Shown piece by piece: positions 1 to 14,000 of a stretch of 64,000 bases of DNA; position 1 is the stretch's first letter, and every line of letters begins with the position of its first letter. Made by a program: the position numbers and the translations under genes. The notes under the pieces are model-generated. The model was given only the letters and a program-made list of their open reading frames with translations. It was not told the DNA's origin and ran no database searches. The DNA is from Balanoglossus misakiensis (Eukaryota > Animalia > Hemichordata): positions 10,157,918-10,221,917 of the forward strand of contig CM082595.2 of assembly GCA_040954595.2 (NCBI GenBank), given 5' to 3'.

Positions 1-419
1 AATCGACTTGTTCAACGTTACCAGTGTGCAACTGTTTCTGCTCTAGAGTGTCAGGGTTTTAGCCGACTTATGCTGTAGGAAATCTGAGTTGATGAACGGG
101 AATTCAATGTTAGAAAACCCGTGTGGAAAGTATCTCCACCCGTTTGAAACTAAGAAAAGAATTTATTCTTATTTATTTTGTAAAAAAGACAATTTTTCGA
201 AAAAAAGTCGAAAATGGTAATTTTGTCTTGGGTGATTCAAATTATACCGCCTTTTCTGGAATTTGCAGCACTTTTTTCAAGAGAACGACACTTCATGCTC
301 CATAATATTTCCGAAAATGAAGAAAAGAGTTAATTTTTTATGATTTTTTTAAAAATTTACCATTTTTGTCAAAATATGGCCAAAATGGTTATTTTTTCTT
401 GAATTCCGTCAATATCTCT
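1..419. repeat. Partial copy of the ~2.04-kb macrosatellite unit (array continues upstream of the window)
   Basis: Near-identical to 6690-7107 and equivalent positions in later units; ends abruptly at ...GAATTCCGTCAATATCTCT (419). Confidence 0.97.
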
Positions 420-1759
420 TAGTCCGTGGGCTCGACGGGTCCACCGTGCACCCCCCCCCCCCCCCATAAACCTACCACTTGGGTATTTTTTTGTTCTTTA
501 GATCGTGCTGAACAAGAAAAAAGATGTTAACATTGAATATTTGGGTTGCACTACCCCTCCGGGGTGGTTTTTGAATGGTATGTGCCGCTCAAAATGGCGA
601 AAAATGGGTTGGGGTAGGGGGTACTATATTCTCTCCTAAAAAAATAAAACTACCATGAAATTACATAAACCTCATATTTTTAGAAAGCTTAGATACTGCT
701 CTTTACGGGAAGCACAAACTTTATTAAACAATATTTATGAATATTTAATTAGATGATTTTTAAATTAATTTTTTCGGCAATTTTGAAAGTTTTCACTCAA
801 AAGACAATGTTACAATTGTGATTTTCTTTTTGTGAAGCAAATTTTTGACAACGTTTTAGGTTTGGATTATTTAATTCTATATATTAAACAAGAAAACAAA
901 TGTTAACATTAGTTATTTAACAATACAATACTTCTTTAGAGACAACTTTGAAATGCATGTATCCTATGGGATTACGCATGGTCTTGGGGTAGGGGGGTAC
1001 TATATCCTCTCCTAAAAAAAATAAAACTAGCAAACAATTACATAAACCTTATATTTTTAGAAAGCTTAGACACTGCTCTTTACGGGAAGCACAAACTTAA
1101 TTATAAAAAAAATTATGAATATTTAATTATAAGATTTTTAAATTAATTTTTTCGGCAATTTTGAAAATATTCACCCCAAAGACAACGCAACAATTGTGAT
1201 TTTTTTTTTTGTGAAGCAAATTATTGACATCTTTGGGGGTTTGGATTATTGACTTCTATTTATTAAACAAGAAAACAAATGTTAACATTAGTTATATAAC
1301 AATACAATACTTCTTTAGAGACAACTTTGAAATGCATGTATCCTATGGGATTACGCATGGTCTTCGGGTAGGGGGTACTATATCCTCTCCTACAACAATA
1401 AAGCTAGCTTCAATATACATAAACCTTATATTTTTAGAAAGCTTAGACACTGCTCTTTACGGGAAGTGCAAATAGGAGTAAAATTAATTTTTGATTATTT
1501 AATTATATGATTTTTAAATTATTTTCTTCGGCAATTTTGAAAATATTCATCCCCAAAGACAACGCAATGATTGTGATTTTGTTTTTGTGAAGCAAATTTT
1601 TGACAGCTTTTTGGGGTTTGGATTATTGACTTCTATATATACTAAACAAGAAAGGAAATGTTAACATTAGTTATTTAACAATAAAACACTTCTTTAGAGA
1701 CAACTTTGAAATGTGTGTATCCTATGGGATTACGCATGGTCTTGGGGTAGGTGGTACTA
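420..1759 (+). mobile_element. DNA-transposon-like terminal fragment containing ~3.3 copies of a ~378-bp tandem repeat
   Basis: The motif GGGGTAGGGGGTACTA recurs at 611, 986, 1365 and 1744, each with shared CATATTTTTAGAAAGCTTAGA and AACAAGAAAACAAATGTTAACATT blocks. The segment starts TAGTCCG, reminiscent of Academ-type termini (inference); no partner TIR was found. Confidence 0.6.
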
Positions 1760-4700
1760 GATTCTATATTGATTTGAAATGGCAGATCAATATGTTTGGT
1801 AATAATTCAGTTATTGCAGTTGGGGACTGGAATGTAGTGAGGGTTTTGATGCTGACACAGCTGGCCGCACTACAGACTCTCACTCGGATGCAAGGCAACA
1901 AATTGATCTTCTCTGTGATGAGTATAATTTGATAGATATTTGGCGGATGATAAACGAGTCCTCGCGTACATTTACGTAGTTTAGGCGCAAAAGACTGGAT
2001 TATTTTCTTATTACGCCTGAATTCGCTAATATGACCGCAACTGCAAATATTTGTGTCGGTTACCGGAGTGACCACTCTGCAATACGTCTCTCTCGGATGA
2101 CAACGATTATGTGGACATTGTTAAAAACACAATTCGGGATACTAAGGATGAGTACAGACAGGAGGGAAGCTCTCAAGCTGGTCCCACTTTTACCATTTCG
2201 GATCAACTTTTCTTGGATACGTTGAAAATAAAAATTCGTGGAGTTACGATTTCGTATGCAACTAGGAATTTATTAGGGCCGAGAAACAGCTTGAAACGGA
2301 GAATATTTTACTAGAAACTCGTGTGAATGATCTATAAACGCCTGACATGTTAGATGAACTGCATGAAAAAAGAACAGTTGATAGCATACTGTCAAAAAAG
2401 TAGAAGGAAGTCGCGTACGTGCTCGGGCCAGGTGGTCTACAGAAGGGGAAAAACCTACTAAGTATTTTTGCTCTATGGAAAAGAGACATTTCACCAATAA
2501 AGCCATCGGTCAGCTGTGCCTGAGTGTTGGCTCCACAATAACTGAGGACGAAGACATCCTTCGTGAACAATCTAAGTTTTACCGGAATCTATATGCGGCT
2601 ACCAAAAACGTTGCTTGCAATATTGATCAGTTAGATAATTTTATGCAGCATGGAAATACTTTGCCTACTTTGAGTACTGAGGAACGGGATTCTTTGGAAG
2701 GGGCCCTGTCTAAGCATGAATGTGGAGTAGTGTTGAAGTCAATAGCAAATAATAAGTCACCAGGAACAGACGGTTTTTCTGCCGAAATTTTTTTGGCCCG
2801 ACATTGGTGTTTATATAGCCCGTGCAATTAATTCCGCCTACTCCTCAGGCGAAATGTCTATTTCTCAAAAGCGGGGAATTGTTACTTGTATCCCGAAACC
2901 CAACAAGAATAGATTTCACATGGAAAATTGGCGCCGTATTACATTGCTAAACACGGATGATAAGATTGCATCTGGTGTTATAGCAAACCGTATGAAACGG
3001 TTCTTGCCAAAAATTATTCACCCTGACTAGAAAGGTTTTTTGAGGAAAGGAAGGTATATTGGTGAAAATACACGTTTGATTGATGATGTATCGTTAACTT
3101 CAAAGATAGACAAGGTTTTCTTGTACTTCTAGACTTTGAAATGGCGTTTGACACGCTTTCTTGGGAATTTATCGATAAAGCATTGAGAAAGTTTAATTTT
3201 TATCCCTCTTTCAGAAAATGGGTCAAAGTGTTTTATAAAAACACCACTAGTTGTGTTATAAATAACGGAAACTTTCCTGATTTTTTCCCCTCGAGAGAGG
3301 TGTTAGACAAGGTGATCCTCTATCACCGTACCTGTTTATCACCTGTGTTGAAAAACTTGCGCATGAAATCAGAGCCCATAGTAATATAGAAGGAATTACA
3401 CTTAGAGATAAAAAAAAAATTACTGGGGCAATACGCAGATGATATTTTTGTATATTTAGATGGTTCTGAAAGTTCTCTGAAAAATCTGTTTGCTACCTTG
3501 GGTTTCTTTACTTTTCTGTCGGGTTTGCGAATTAACTACCAAAAAACTAAATTGGTTTGGTTTGGCGCTAAATACCATTCACATGATATTTTGTTGCCAA
3601 ACAAGAACTTATTATGGGTTGATGAACCGTTAACAGTTCTTGGTATTAACCTGAACGTTGATCTTGTTGGGCTCGATATGTTAAATTTTACACCAAAAGT
3701 AAGGGAAGTGTCCACACTGCTTACTAAGTGGTCATGGCGACCTGTGACCTTGTTTGGCAAGATTACAATAGCTAAAACACTTGCTTTGTCAAAGTTTATT
3801 CATATTTTCTCATCCTTACCTCCCATGTCAGATAATCAAATATGTACACTTATTAGAGTTTTATCGGAATTCAAAACCTGATAAAGTCAATAGATTAAGA
3901 TTATGTTGTAATTGTGATGAGTGGGGTTTGCGAATGACCCATCTTCCCTCATTCGTTCAAGCAGTGCATGCTTCGTGGATTAACAGATTAATATCCAATC
4001 AATATTCTCAGTGGATAGAAATGTTTAAACTGTGGGTATATCCCCTGCTATCTTACCCACTTCACCCCCGCTCAGGTCGTGGAGTTTGCCAGAAACAGAT
4101 TTTCACGTCATAGCTTCTGGTACTCAGTACTACTATGTTGGTCAAAAACTTTACCCCCCCCCCCCCCCGACCCTATTAATAACATAAAAAAGTGTATATG
4201 GTTCAACCAGAGCTGAAAGTTAACAACGCTACCATATTTTATAAAACTGGTATGATAATGTTGTAATGTACATTTCGGATTTATTAGATTTTTCCGGTTC
4301 CATTTTATCTTTCCAAGATTTTAGTAACAGACATAATTTTTCACCAAACTTCATATGGGTTTAATCAACGCTTTTCCAAGATCACGGTTCAGAATGATTC
4401 AGCAACAAGGCTCTGTAAATAATGACCACCCAAACATGTATTACACAAATAGATCCTGAAAAAAACCTACTCTATTTTACTTATAATAAGTTATTTTTGA
4501 AGAATAATCTTAAACCGATGTGATGTACGCAAAAATGGAAAGACCTCTTCGGGAATTTTGATTCGCAATTACACTATGCTTTACCATTTATTGTAACAAA
4601 GGATTCTACTTTGCGTAATTTTCAATTCAGAATTGCTAGTAGAATCTGTACTACAAATACATTTTTAAAGATAAGGGGGAAAATGCGATTCTGTGAAATG

Positions 4701-5020
4701 CACCTTCTGTGAAAATTATGAGGAAATCCTTATACATTTATTTTTCGAATGCGACTGTATTTTGTCTTTTTGGAAGGATGTAGAGTTGCAATTACAGACA
4801 AAGTGTAATATTGCCATTGAGCTGTCCCCTTTTGATGTTTTGGTGGGTATAAAATAGAATTTTCAAAGTAACCACACAAACGATGAGTGGTTAGCCCTGA
4901 ATTACTTTATATTACTTTCAAAGAATTTTATCTTTAAATATAAATTTAAGCCAGTATTGCCAAACCTTCGCACATTTTTATCTTACCTCAATAATATACA
5001 AAAAATTGATACTTACCAAG
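1760..5020 (+). mobile_element. Decayed, 5'- and 3'-truncated L1/Tx1-clade non-LTR retrotransposon ORF2 (APE endonuclease, RT, C-terminal Cys/His finger)
   Basis: Ordered motifs across frameshifts and stops: IAVGDWNVV, RLDYFL and YRSDHSAI (endonuclease); RARWSTEGEKPTKYF; KSPGTDGF; NWRRITLLNTD; GRYIGEN; LDFEMAFDTLSWEF; RGVRQGDPLSPYLF; QYADD (~3429-3443); SGLRINYQKT; GKITIAKTLALSK; CTFC..E..HLFFEC (~4698-4752). No poly(A) tail. Confidence 0.95.
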
Positions 5021-8000
5021 ATGGCCAAAATGGCTATTTTTTCTTGAATTCCGTCAATATCTCTGCATTTTTGGAGTGGTCGAAAGTTTTAACATATAAT
5101 CAACATGTCATATATGATCAGGGCACCAAATTCGAAGAACAAAGGTTTTTTTATTTTTTTTTTCTAAAAATGACATTTTCAAGGAAAATTTGGTAAAACG
5201 CAATTTTGTCTGCAGTGAGCCAAATTAGACGGTCTTTTGTGGAATTTGTATCGATATATACATACGAAGAGCATTCTATACTCCATCAGATTTCCGAAAA
5301 TGTAGAAAACAGGTATTTTTTGTAATTTTCAAAAATTTACCATTTTGACCAAATTGTGGCTAAAATTGTTATTTTCGTGTTGAATGCCGCCAGTGTCACT
5401 GCTTTTAAAAGTCATAAAAACTTTAGACATACAAGCAATTGTTTATATATGATCAGGTCACCGAATTAAAAAAATAAAGAATGCTTTGCCTAAAAATGAC
5501 CTTTTTGGTGCAAAAACGAATAAAACGCAATTTTGTATTAAATTAGAGTGCATTTTTTATAATCAGCACCATGTTTACATATAATGGAAATTTCATACAT
5601 CATCAGATATCCAAATATGAAAAAATGATTTAGATTTTAGATGATTGTCCAAAATTAGCTGATAACAGATAAATGTAGTATTAAACCGTTCTGTTCCCCC
5701 CCCCCCTACATTATATGCGGTACGCCGATGTCAGCTTACCCGGCAGTACTGCAGGCCGTGCCCCCAACTAACGTCGGTGTTTGAAACGCCCTGGTTAAAT
5801 TCGAGCTTTCTCTATAAATTGACAGGCAATAATGCAGTCCTACCCGAACAAATGTCGAGTGTTGACCCGCTGTGACTTTCCCTCTTCGGTTTGCCCGACT
5901 TAGCCAACGTCTTTGTACTAGAGTGTCGGGTCTTTTGCAGAGCCAGGCCGAAGGAAATCCGACTTGATCACCGTTGCTAACGAACGCTAGTGTCTGTCAT
6001 GGTGTGCCGGGGTTTTAGTCGAGCCAGGCCGTAGGAGATCTGACTTGATCATCGTGGTCAATGTACGCGTGTTTCCGCTCTAAAGTGCCGGGGCTTCAGC
6101 TAAACCAGGCCGTAGGAAATCCGACGTAATCACTGTTGATAACTTACGCCAGTCTGTGTCATATAGAGCCGGTGCACCAGCCGAGTCACGCCGTAGGAAA
6201 TCTGACTTGATCAACGTGGTCAATGTATGCCTGTTTCTGCTCTAGAGTGCCGGGGCTTCAGCTGAGCCAGGCCGTAGGAAACCCGACGTGATTACCGTTG
6301 TTAACTTACGCCAGTCTGTGTCCTATATATAGAGCCGGGGCATCAGCCGTGCCAGGCCGAAGGAAATGTGAGTAGATCAACGTGGTCTCTGTACGCGTGT
6401 TTCTGCTCTATAGTGCCAGGGCTTTAGCCAAGCCATGCCGTAGGAAATCTGACTTGATCAACGTTGCTTACTAACGCTAGTGTCTGTCATAGTGTGCCGG
6501 GGTTTTAGTCTAGCCAAACCGTAGGAGATCAGACTTGATCAACGTGCTCTCTGTACGCGTGTTTCTGCTTTATAGTGCCGGGGCTTTATCCAAGCCATGC
6601 CGTAGAAAATCTGACTTCATCACCGTTGCTAACGTACGCTAGTGTCTGTCATATTGTGACGGAGATTTAGCCGAGCCAGGCCGTAGAAAAATCGACTTGT
6701 TCAACGTTACAAGTGTGCAACTGTTTCTGCTCTAGAGTGTCAGGGTTTTAGCCGACTTATGCTGTAGGAAATCTGAGTTGATGAACGGGAATTCAATGTT
6801 AGAAAACCCGTGTGGAAAGTATCTCTACCCGTTTGAAACTAAGAAAAGAATTTATTCTTATTTATTTTGTAAAAAAGACAATTTTTCGAAAAAAAGTCGA
6901 AAATGGTAATTTTGTCTTGGGTGATTTAAATTATACCGCCTTTTCTTGAATTTGCAGCACTTTTTACAAGAGAACGACACTTCATGCTCCATAATATTTC
7001 CGAAAATGAAGAAAAGAGTTAATTTTTTATGATTTTTTAAAAATTTACCATTTTTGTCAAAATATGGCCAAAATTGCTATTTTTCTTGAATTTCGTCAAT
7101 ATCTCTGCTTTTTTGGAGTGGTCGAGTGTTTTAACATACAATCAAAATGTCATATATGATCAGGGCACCAAATTCGAAGAACAAAGGTTTTTTTATTTTT
7201 TTTTCTAAAAATGACATTTTCAAGGAAAATTGGTAAAACGCAATTTTGTCTGCAGTGAGCCAAATTAGACGGTCTTTTGTGGAATTTGTATCGATATATA
7301 CATACGAAGAGCATTCTATACTCCATCAGATTTCCGAAAATGTAGAAAACAGGTATTTTTTGTAATTTTCAAAAATTTACCATTTTGACCAAATTGTGGC
7401 TAAAATTGTTATTTTCGTGTTGAATGCCGCCAGTGTCACTGCTTTTAAAAGTCATAAAAACTTTAAACATACAAGCAATTGTTTATATATGATCAGGTCA
7501 CCGAATTAAAAAAATAAAGAATGCTTTGCCTAAAAATGACCTTTTTGGTGCAAAAACGAATAAAACGCAATTTTGTATTAAATTAGAGTGCATTTTTTAT
7601 AATCAGCACCATTTTTACATATAATGGAAATTTCATACATCATCAGATATCCAAATATGAAAAAATGATTTAGATTTTAGATTATTGTCCAAAATTAGCT
7701 GATAACAGATAAATGTAGTATTAAACCGTTCTGTTCCCCCCCCCTCTACATTATATGCGGTACGCCGATGTCAGCTTACCCGGCAGTACTGCAGGCCGTG
7801 CCCCCAACTAACGTCGGTGTTTGAAACGCCCTGGTTAAATTCGAGCTTTCTCTATAAATCGACAGGCAATAATGCAGTCCTACCCGAACAAATGTCGAGT
7901 GTTGACCCGCTGTGACTTTCCCTCTTCGGTTTGCCCGACTTAGCCAACGTCTTTGTACTAGAGTGTCGGGTCTTTTGCAGAGCCAGGCCGAAGGAAATCC

Positions 8001-11000
8001 GACTTGATCACCGTTGCTAACGAACGCTAGTGTCTGTCATGGTTTGCCGGGGTTTTAGTCGAGCCAGGCCGTAGGAGATCTGACTTGATCATCGTGGTCA
8101 ATGTACGCGTGTTTCCGCTCTAAAGTGCCGGGGCTTCAGCTAAACCAGGCCGTAGGACATCCGACGTAATCACCGTTGATAACTTACGCCAGTCTGTGTC
8201 ATATAGAGCCGGTGCACCAGCCGAGTCACGCCGTAGGAAATCTGAATTGATCAACGTGGTCAATGTATGCCTGTTTCTGCTCTAGAGTGCCGGGGCTTCA
8301 GCTGAGCCAGGCCGTAGGAAACCCGACGTGATTACCGTTGTTAACTTACGCCAGTCTGTGTCCTATATATAGTGCCGGGGCATCAGCCGTGCCAGGCCGA
8401 AGGAAATGTGAGTAGATCAACGTGGTCTCTGTACGCGTGTTTCTGCTCTATAGTGCCAGGGCTTTAGCCAAGCCATGCCGTAGGAAATCTGACTTGATCA
8501 ACGTTGCTTACTAACGCTAGTGTCTGTCATAGTGTGCCGGGGTTTTAGTCGAGCCAAGCCGTAGGAGATCAGACTTGATCAACGTGCTCTCTGTACGCGT
8601 GTTTCTGCTTTAGAGTGCCGGGGCTTTATCCAAGCCATGCCGTAGAAAATCTGACTTCATCACCGTTGCTAACGTACGCTAGTGTCTGTCATATTGTGAC
8701 GGAGATTTAGCCGAGCCAGGCCGTAGAAAAATCGACTTGTTCAACGTTACCAGTGTACAACTGTTTCTGCTCTAGAGTGTCAGGGTTTTAGCCGACTTAT
8801 GCTGTAGGAAATCTGAGTTGATGAACGGGAATTCAATGTTAGAAAACCCGTGTGAAAAGTATCTCTACCCGTTTGAAACTAAGAAAAGAATTTATTCTTA
8901 TTTATTTTGTAAAAAAGACAATTTTTCGAAAAAAAGTCGAAAATGGTAATTTTGTCTTGGGTGATTTAAATTATACCGCCTTTTCTTGAATTTGCAGCAC
9001 TTTTTACAAGAGAACGACACTTCATGCTCCATAATATTTCCGAAAATGAAGAAAAGAGTTAATTTTTTATGATTTTTTAAAAATTTACCATTTTTGTCAA
9101 AATATGGCCAAAATTGCTATTTTTTCTTGAATTCCGTCAATATCTCTGCTTTTTTGGAGTGGTCGAAAGTTTTAACGTACAATCAACATATATGATCAGG
9201 GCACCAAATTCGAAGAACAAAGGTTTTTTTATTTTTTTTTCTAAAAATGACATTTTCAAGGAAAATTTGGTAAAACGCAATTTTGTCTGCAGTGAGCCAA
9301 ATTAGACGGTCTTTTGTGGAATTTGTATCGATATTAACATACGAAGAGCATTCCATACTCCATCAGATTTCCGAAAATGTAGAAAACAGGTATTTTATGT
9401 AATTTTCAAAAATTTACCATTTTGACCAAATTGTGGCTAAAATTGTTATTTTCGTGTTGAATGCCGCCAGTGTCACTGCTTTTAAAAGTCATAAAAACTT
9501 TAAACATACAAGCAATTGTTTATATATGATCAGGTCACCAAATTAAAAAAATAAAGAATGCTTTGCCTAAAAATGACCTTTTTGGTGCAAAAACGAATAA
9601 AACGCAATTTTGTATTAAATTAGAGTGCATTTTTTATAATCAGCACCATGTTTACATATAATGGAAATTTCATACATCATCAGATATCCAAATATGAAAA
9701 AATGATTTAGATTTTAGATGATTGTCCAAAATTAGCTGATAACAGATAAATGTAGTATTAAACCGTTCTGTCCCCCCCCCCTACATTATATGCGGTACGC
9801 CGATGTCAGCTTACCCGGCAGTACTGCAGGCCGTGCCCCCAACTAACGTCGGTGTTTGAAACGCCCTGGTTAAATTCGAGCTTTCTCTATAAATTGACAG
9901 GCAATAATGCAGTCCTACCCGAACAAATGTCGAGTGTTGACCCGCTGTGACTTTCCCTCTTCGGTTTGCCCGACTTAGCCAACGTCTTTGTACTAGAGTG
10001 TCGGGTCTTTTGCAGAGCCAGGCCGAAGGAAATCCGACTTGATCACCGTTGCTAACGAACGCTTGTGTCTGTCATGGTGTGCCAGGGTTTTAGTCGAGCC
10101 AGGCCATAGGAGATCTGACTTGATCATCGTGGTCAATGTACGCGTGTTTCCGCTCTAAAGTGCCGGGGCTTCAGCTAAACCAGGCCGTAGGACATCCGAC
10201 GTAATCACCGTTGATAACTTACGCCAGTCTGTGTCATATAGAGCCGGTGCACCAGCCGAGTCACGCCGTAGGAAATCTGAATTGATCAACGTGGTCAATG
10301 TATGCCTGTTTCTGCTCTAGAGTGCCGGGGCTTCAGCTGAGCCAGGCCGTAGGAAACCCGACGTGATTACCGTTGTTAACTTACGCCAGTCTGTGTCCTA
10401 TATATAGTGTCGGGGCATCAGCCGTGCCAGGCCGAAGGAAATGTGAGTAGATCAACGTGGTCTCTGTACGCGTGTTTCTGCTCTATAGTGCCAGGGCTTT
10501 AGCCAAGCCATGCCGTAGGAAATCTGACTTGATCAACGTTGCTTACTAACGCTAGTGTCTGTCATAGTGTGCCGGGGTTTTAGTCGAGCCAAGCCGTAGG
10601 AGATCAGACTTGATCAACGTGCTCTCTGTACGCGTGTTTCTGCTTTAGAGTGCCGGGGCTTTATCCAAGCCATGCCGTAGAAAATCTGACTTCATCACCG
10701 TTGCTAACGTACGCTAGTGTCTGTTATATTGTGACGGAGATTTAGCCGAGCCAGGCCGTAGAAAAATCGACTTGTTCAACGTTACCAGTGTACAACTGTT
10801 TCTGCTCTAGAGTGTCAGGGTTTTAGCCGACTTATGCTGTAGGAAATCTGAGTTGATGAACGGGAATTCAATGTTAGAAAACCCGTGTGGAAAGTATCTC
10901 TACCCGTTTGAAACTAAGAAAAGAATTTATTCTTATTTATTTTGTAAAAAAGACAATTTTTCGAAAAAAAGTCGAAAATGGTAATTTTGTCTTGGGTGAT

Positions 11001-14000
11001 TTAAATTATACCGCCTTTTCTTGAATTTGCAGCACTTTTTACAAGAGAACGACACTTCATGCTCCATAATATTTCCGAAAATGAAGAAAAGAGTTAATTT
11101 TTTATGATTTTTTAAAAATTTACCATTTTTGTCAAAATATGGCCAAAATTGCTATTTTTTCTTGAATTCCGTCAATATCTCTGCTTTTTTGGAGTGGTCG
11201 AAAGTTTTAACATACAATCAACATGTCATATATGATCAGGGCACCAAATTCGAAGAACAAAGGTTTTTTTATTTTTTTTTCTAAAAATGACATTTTCAAG
11301 GAAAATTTGGTAAAACGCAATTTTGTCTGCAGTGAGCCAAATTAGACGGTCTTTTGTGGAATTTGTATCGATATTAACATACGAAGAGCATTCCATACTC
11401 CATCAGATTTCCGAAAATGTAGAAAACAGGTATTTTATGTAATTTTCAAAAATTTACCATTTTGACCAAATTGTGGCTAAAATTGTTATTTTCGTGTTGA
11501 ATGCCGCCAGTGTCACTGCTTTTAAAAGTCATGAAATCTTTAAACATACAAGCAATTGTTTATATATGATCAGGTCACCGAATTAAAAAAATAAAGAATG
11601 CTTTGCCTAAAAATGACCTTTTTGGTGCAAAAACGAATAAAACGCAATTTTGTATTAAATTAGAGTGCATTTTTTATAATCAGCACCATGTTTACATATA
11701 ATGGAAATTTCATACATCATTAGATATCCAAATATGAAAAAATGATTTAGATTTTAGATGATTGTCCAAAATTAGCTGATAACAGATAAATGTAGTATTA
11801 AACCGTTCTGTTCCCCCCCCCCCTACATTATATGCGGTACGCCGATGTCAGCTTACCCGGCAGTACTGCAGGCCGTGCCCCCAACTAACGTCGGTGTTTG
11901 AAACGCCCTGGTTAAATTCGAGCTTTCTCTATAAATTGACAGGCAATAATGCAGTCCTACCCGAACAAATGTCGATTGTTGACCCGCTGTGACTTTCCCT
12001 CTTCGGTTTGCCCGACTTAGCCAACGTCTTTGTACTAGAGTGTCGGGTCTTTTGCAGAGCCAGGCCGAAGGAAATCCGACTTGATCACCGTTGCTAACGA
12101 ACGCTAGTGTCTGTCATGGTGTGCCGGGGTTTTAGTCGAGCCAGGCCGTAGGAGATCTGACTTGATCATCGTGGTCAATGTACGCGTGTTTCCGCTCTAA
12201 AGTGCCGGGGCTTCAGCTAAACCAGGCCGTAGGAAATCCGACGTAATCACTGTTGATAACTTACGCCAATCTGTGTCATATAGAGCCGGTGCACCAGCCG
12301 AGTCACGCCGTAGGAAATCTGACTTGATCAACGTGGTCAATGTATGCCTGTTTCTGCTCTAGAGTGCCGGGGCTTCAGCTGAGCCAGGCCGTAGGAAACC
12401 CGACGTGATTACCGTTGTTAACTTACGCCAGTCTGTGTCCTATATATAGAGCCGGGGCATCAGCCGTGCCAGGCCGAAGGAAATGTGAGTAGATCAACGT
12501 GGTCTCTGTACGCGTGTTTCTGCTCTATAGTGCCAGGGCTTTAGCCAAGCCATGCCGTAGGAAATCTGACTTGATCAACGTTGCTTACTAACGCTAGTGT
12601 CTGTCATAGTGTGCCGGGGTTTTAGTCTAGCTAAACCGTAGGAGATCAGACTTGATCAACGTGCTCTCTGTACGCGTGTTTCTGCTTTAGAGTGCCGGGG
12701 CTTTATCCAAGCCATGCCGTAGAAAATCTGACTTCATCACCGTTGCTAACGTACGCTAGTGTCTGTCATATTGTGACGGAGATTTAGCCGAGCCAGGCCG
12801 TAGAAAAATCGACTTGTTCAACGTTACAAGTGTGCAACTGTTTCTGCTCTAGAGTGTCAGGGTTTTAGCCGACTTATGCTGTAGGAAATCTGAGTTGATG
12901 AACGGGAATTCAATGTTAGAAAACCCGTGTGGAAAGTATCTCTACCCGTTTGAAACTAAGAAAAGAATTTATTCTTATTTATTTTGTAAAAAAGACAATT
13001 TTTCGAAAAAAAGTCGAAAATGGTAATTTTGTCTTGGGTGATTTAAATTATACCGCCTTTTCTTGAATTTGCAGCACTTTTTACAAGAGAACGACACTTC
13101 ATGCTCCATAATATTTCCGAAAATGAAGAAAAGAGTTAATTTTTTATGATTTTTTAAAAATTTACCATTTTTGTCAAAATATGGCCAAAATTGCTATTTT
13201 TCTTGAATTTCGTCAATATCTCTGCTTTTTTGGAGTGGTCGAGTGTTTTAACATACAATCAAAATGTCATATATGATCAGGGCACCAAATTCGAAGAACA
13301 AAGGTTTTTTTATTTTTTTTTCTAAAAATGACATTTTCAAGGAAAATTGGTAAAACGCAATTTTGTCTGCAGTGAGCCAAATTAGACGGTCTTTTGTGGA
13401 ATTTGTATCGATATATACATACGAAGAGCATTCTATACTCCATCAGATTTCCGAAAATGTAGAAAACAGGTATTTTTTGTAATTTTCAAAAATTTACCAT
13501 TTTGACCAAATTGTGGCTAAAATTGTTATTTTCGTGTTGAATGCCGCCAGTGTCACTGCTTTTAAAAGTCATAAAAACTTTAAACATACAAGCAATTGTT
13601 TATATATGATCAGGTCACCGAATTAAAAAAATAAAGAATGCTTTGCCTAAAAATGACCTTTTTGGTGCAAAAACGAATAAAACGCAATTTTGTATTAAAT
13701 TAGAGTGCATTTTTTATAATCAGCACCATTTTTACATATAATGGAAATTTCATACATCATCAGATATCCAAATATGAAAAAATGATTTAGATTTTAGATT
13801 ATTGTCCAAAATTAGCTGATAACAGATAAATGTAGTATTAAACCGTTCTGTTCCCCCCCCCCCCCTACATTATATGCGGTACGCCGATGTCAGCTTACCC
13901 GGCAGTACTGCAGGCCGTGCCCCCAACTAACGTCGGTGTTTGAAACGCCCTGGTTAAATTCGAGCTTTCTCTATAAATCGACAGGCAATAATGCAGTCCT

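Noticed and set aside
5895-6785. CRISPR-like appearance of a conserved GCCGTAGGAAATCTGACTTGATCA core at regular spacing
   Set aside because: The intervening sequences are homologous to each other (alternating types) rather than unique spacers; there are no cas genes and the context is eukaryotic.
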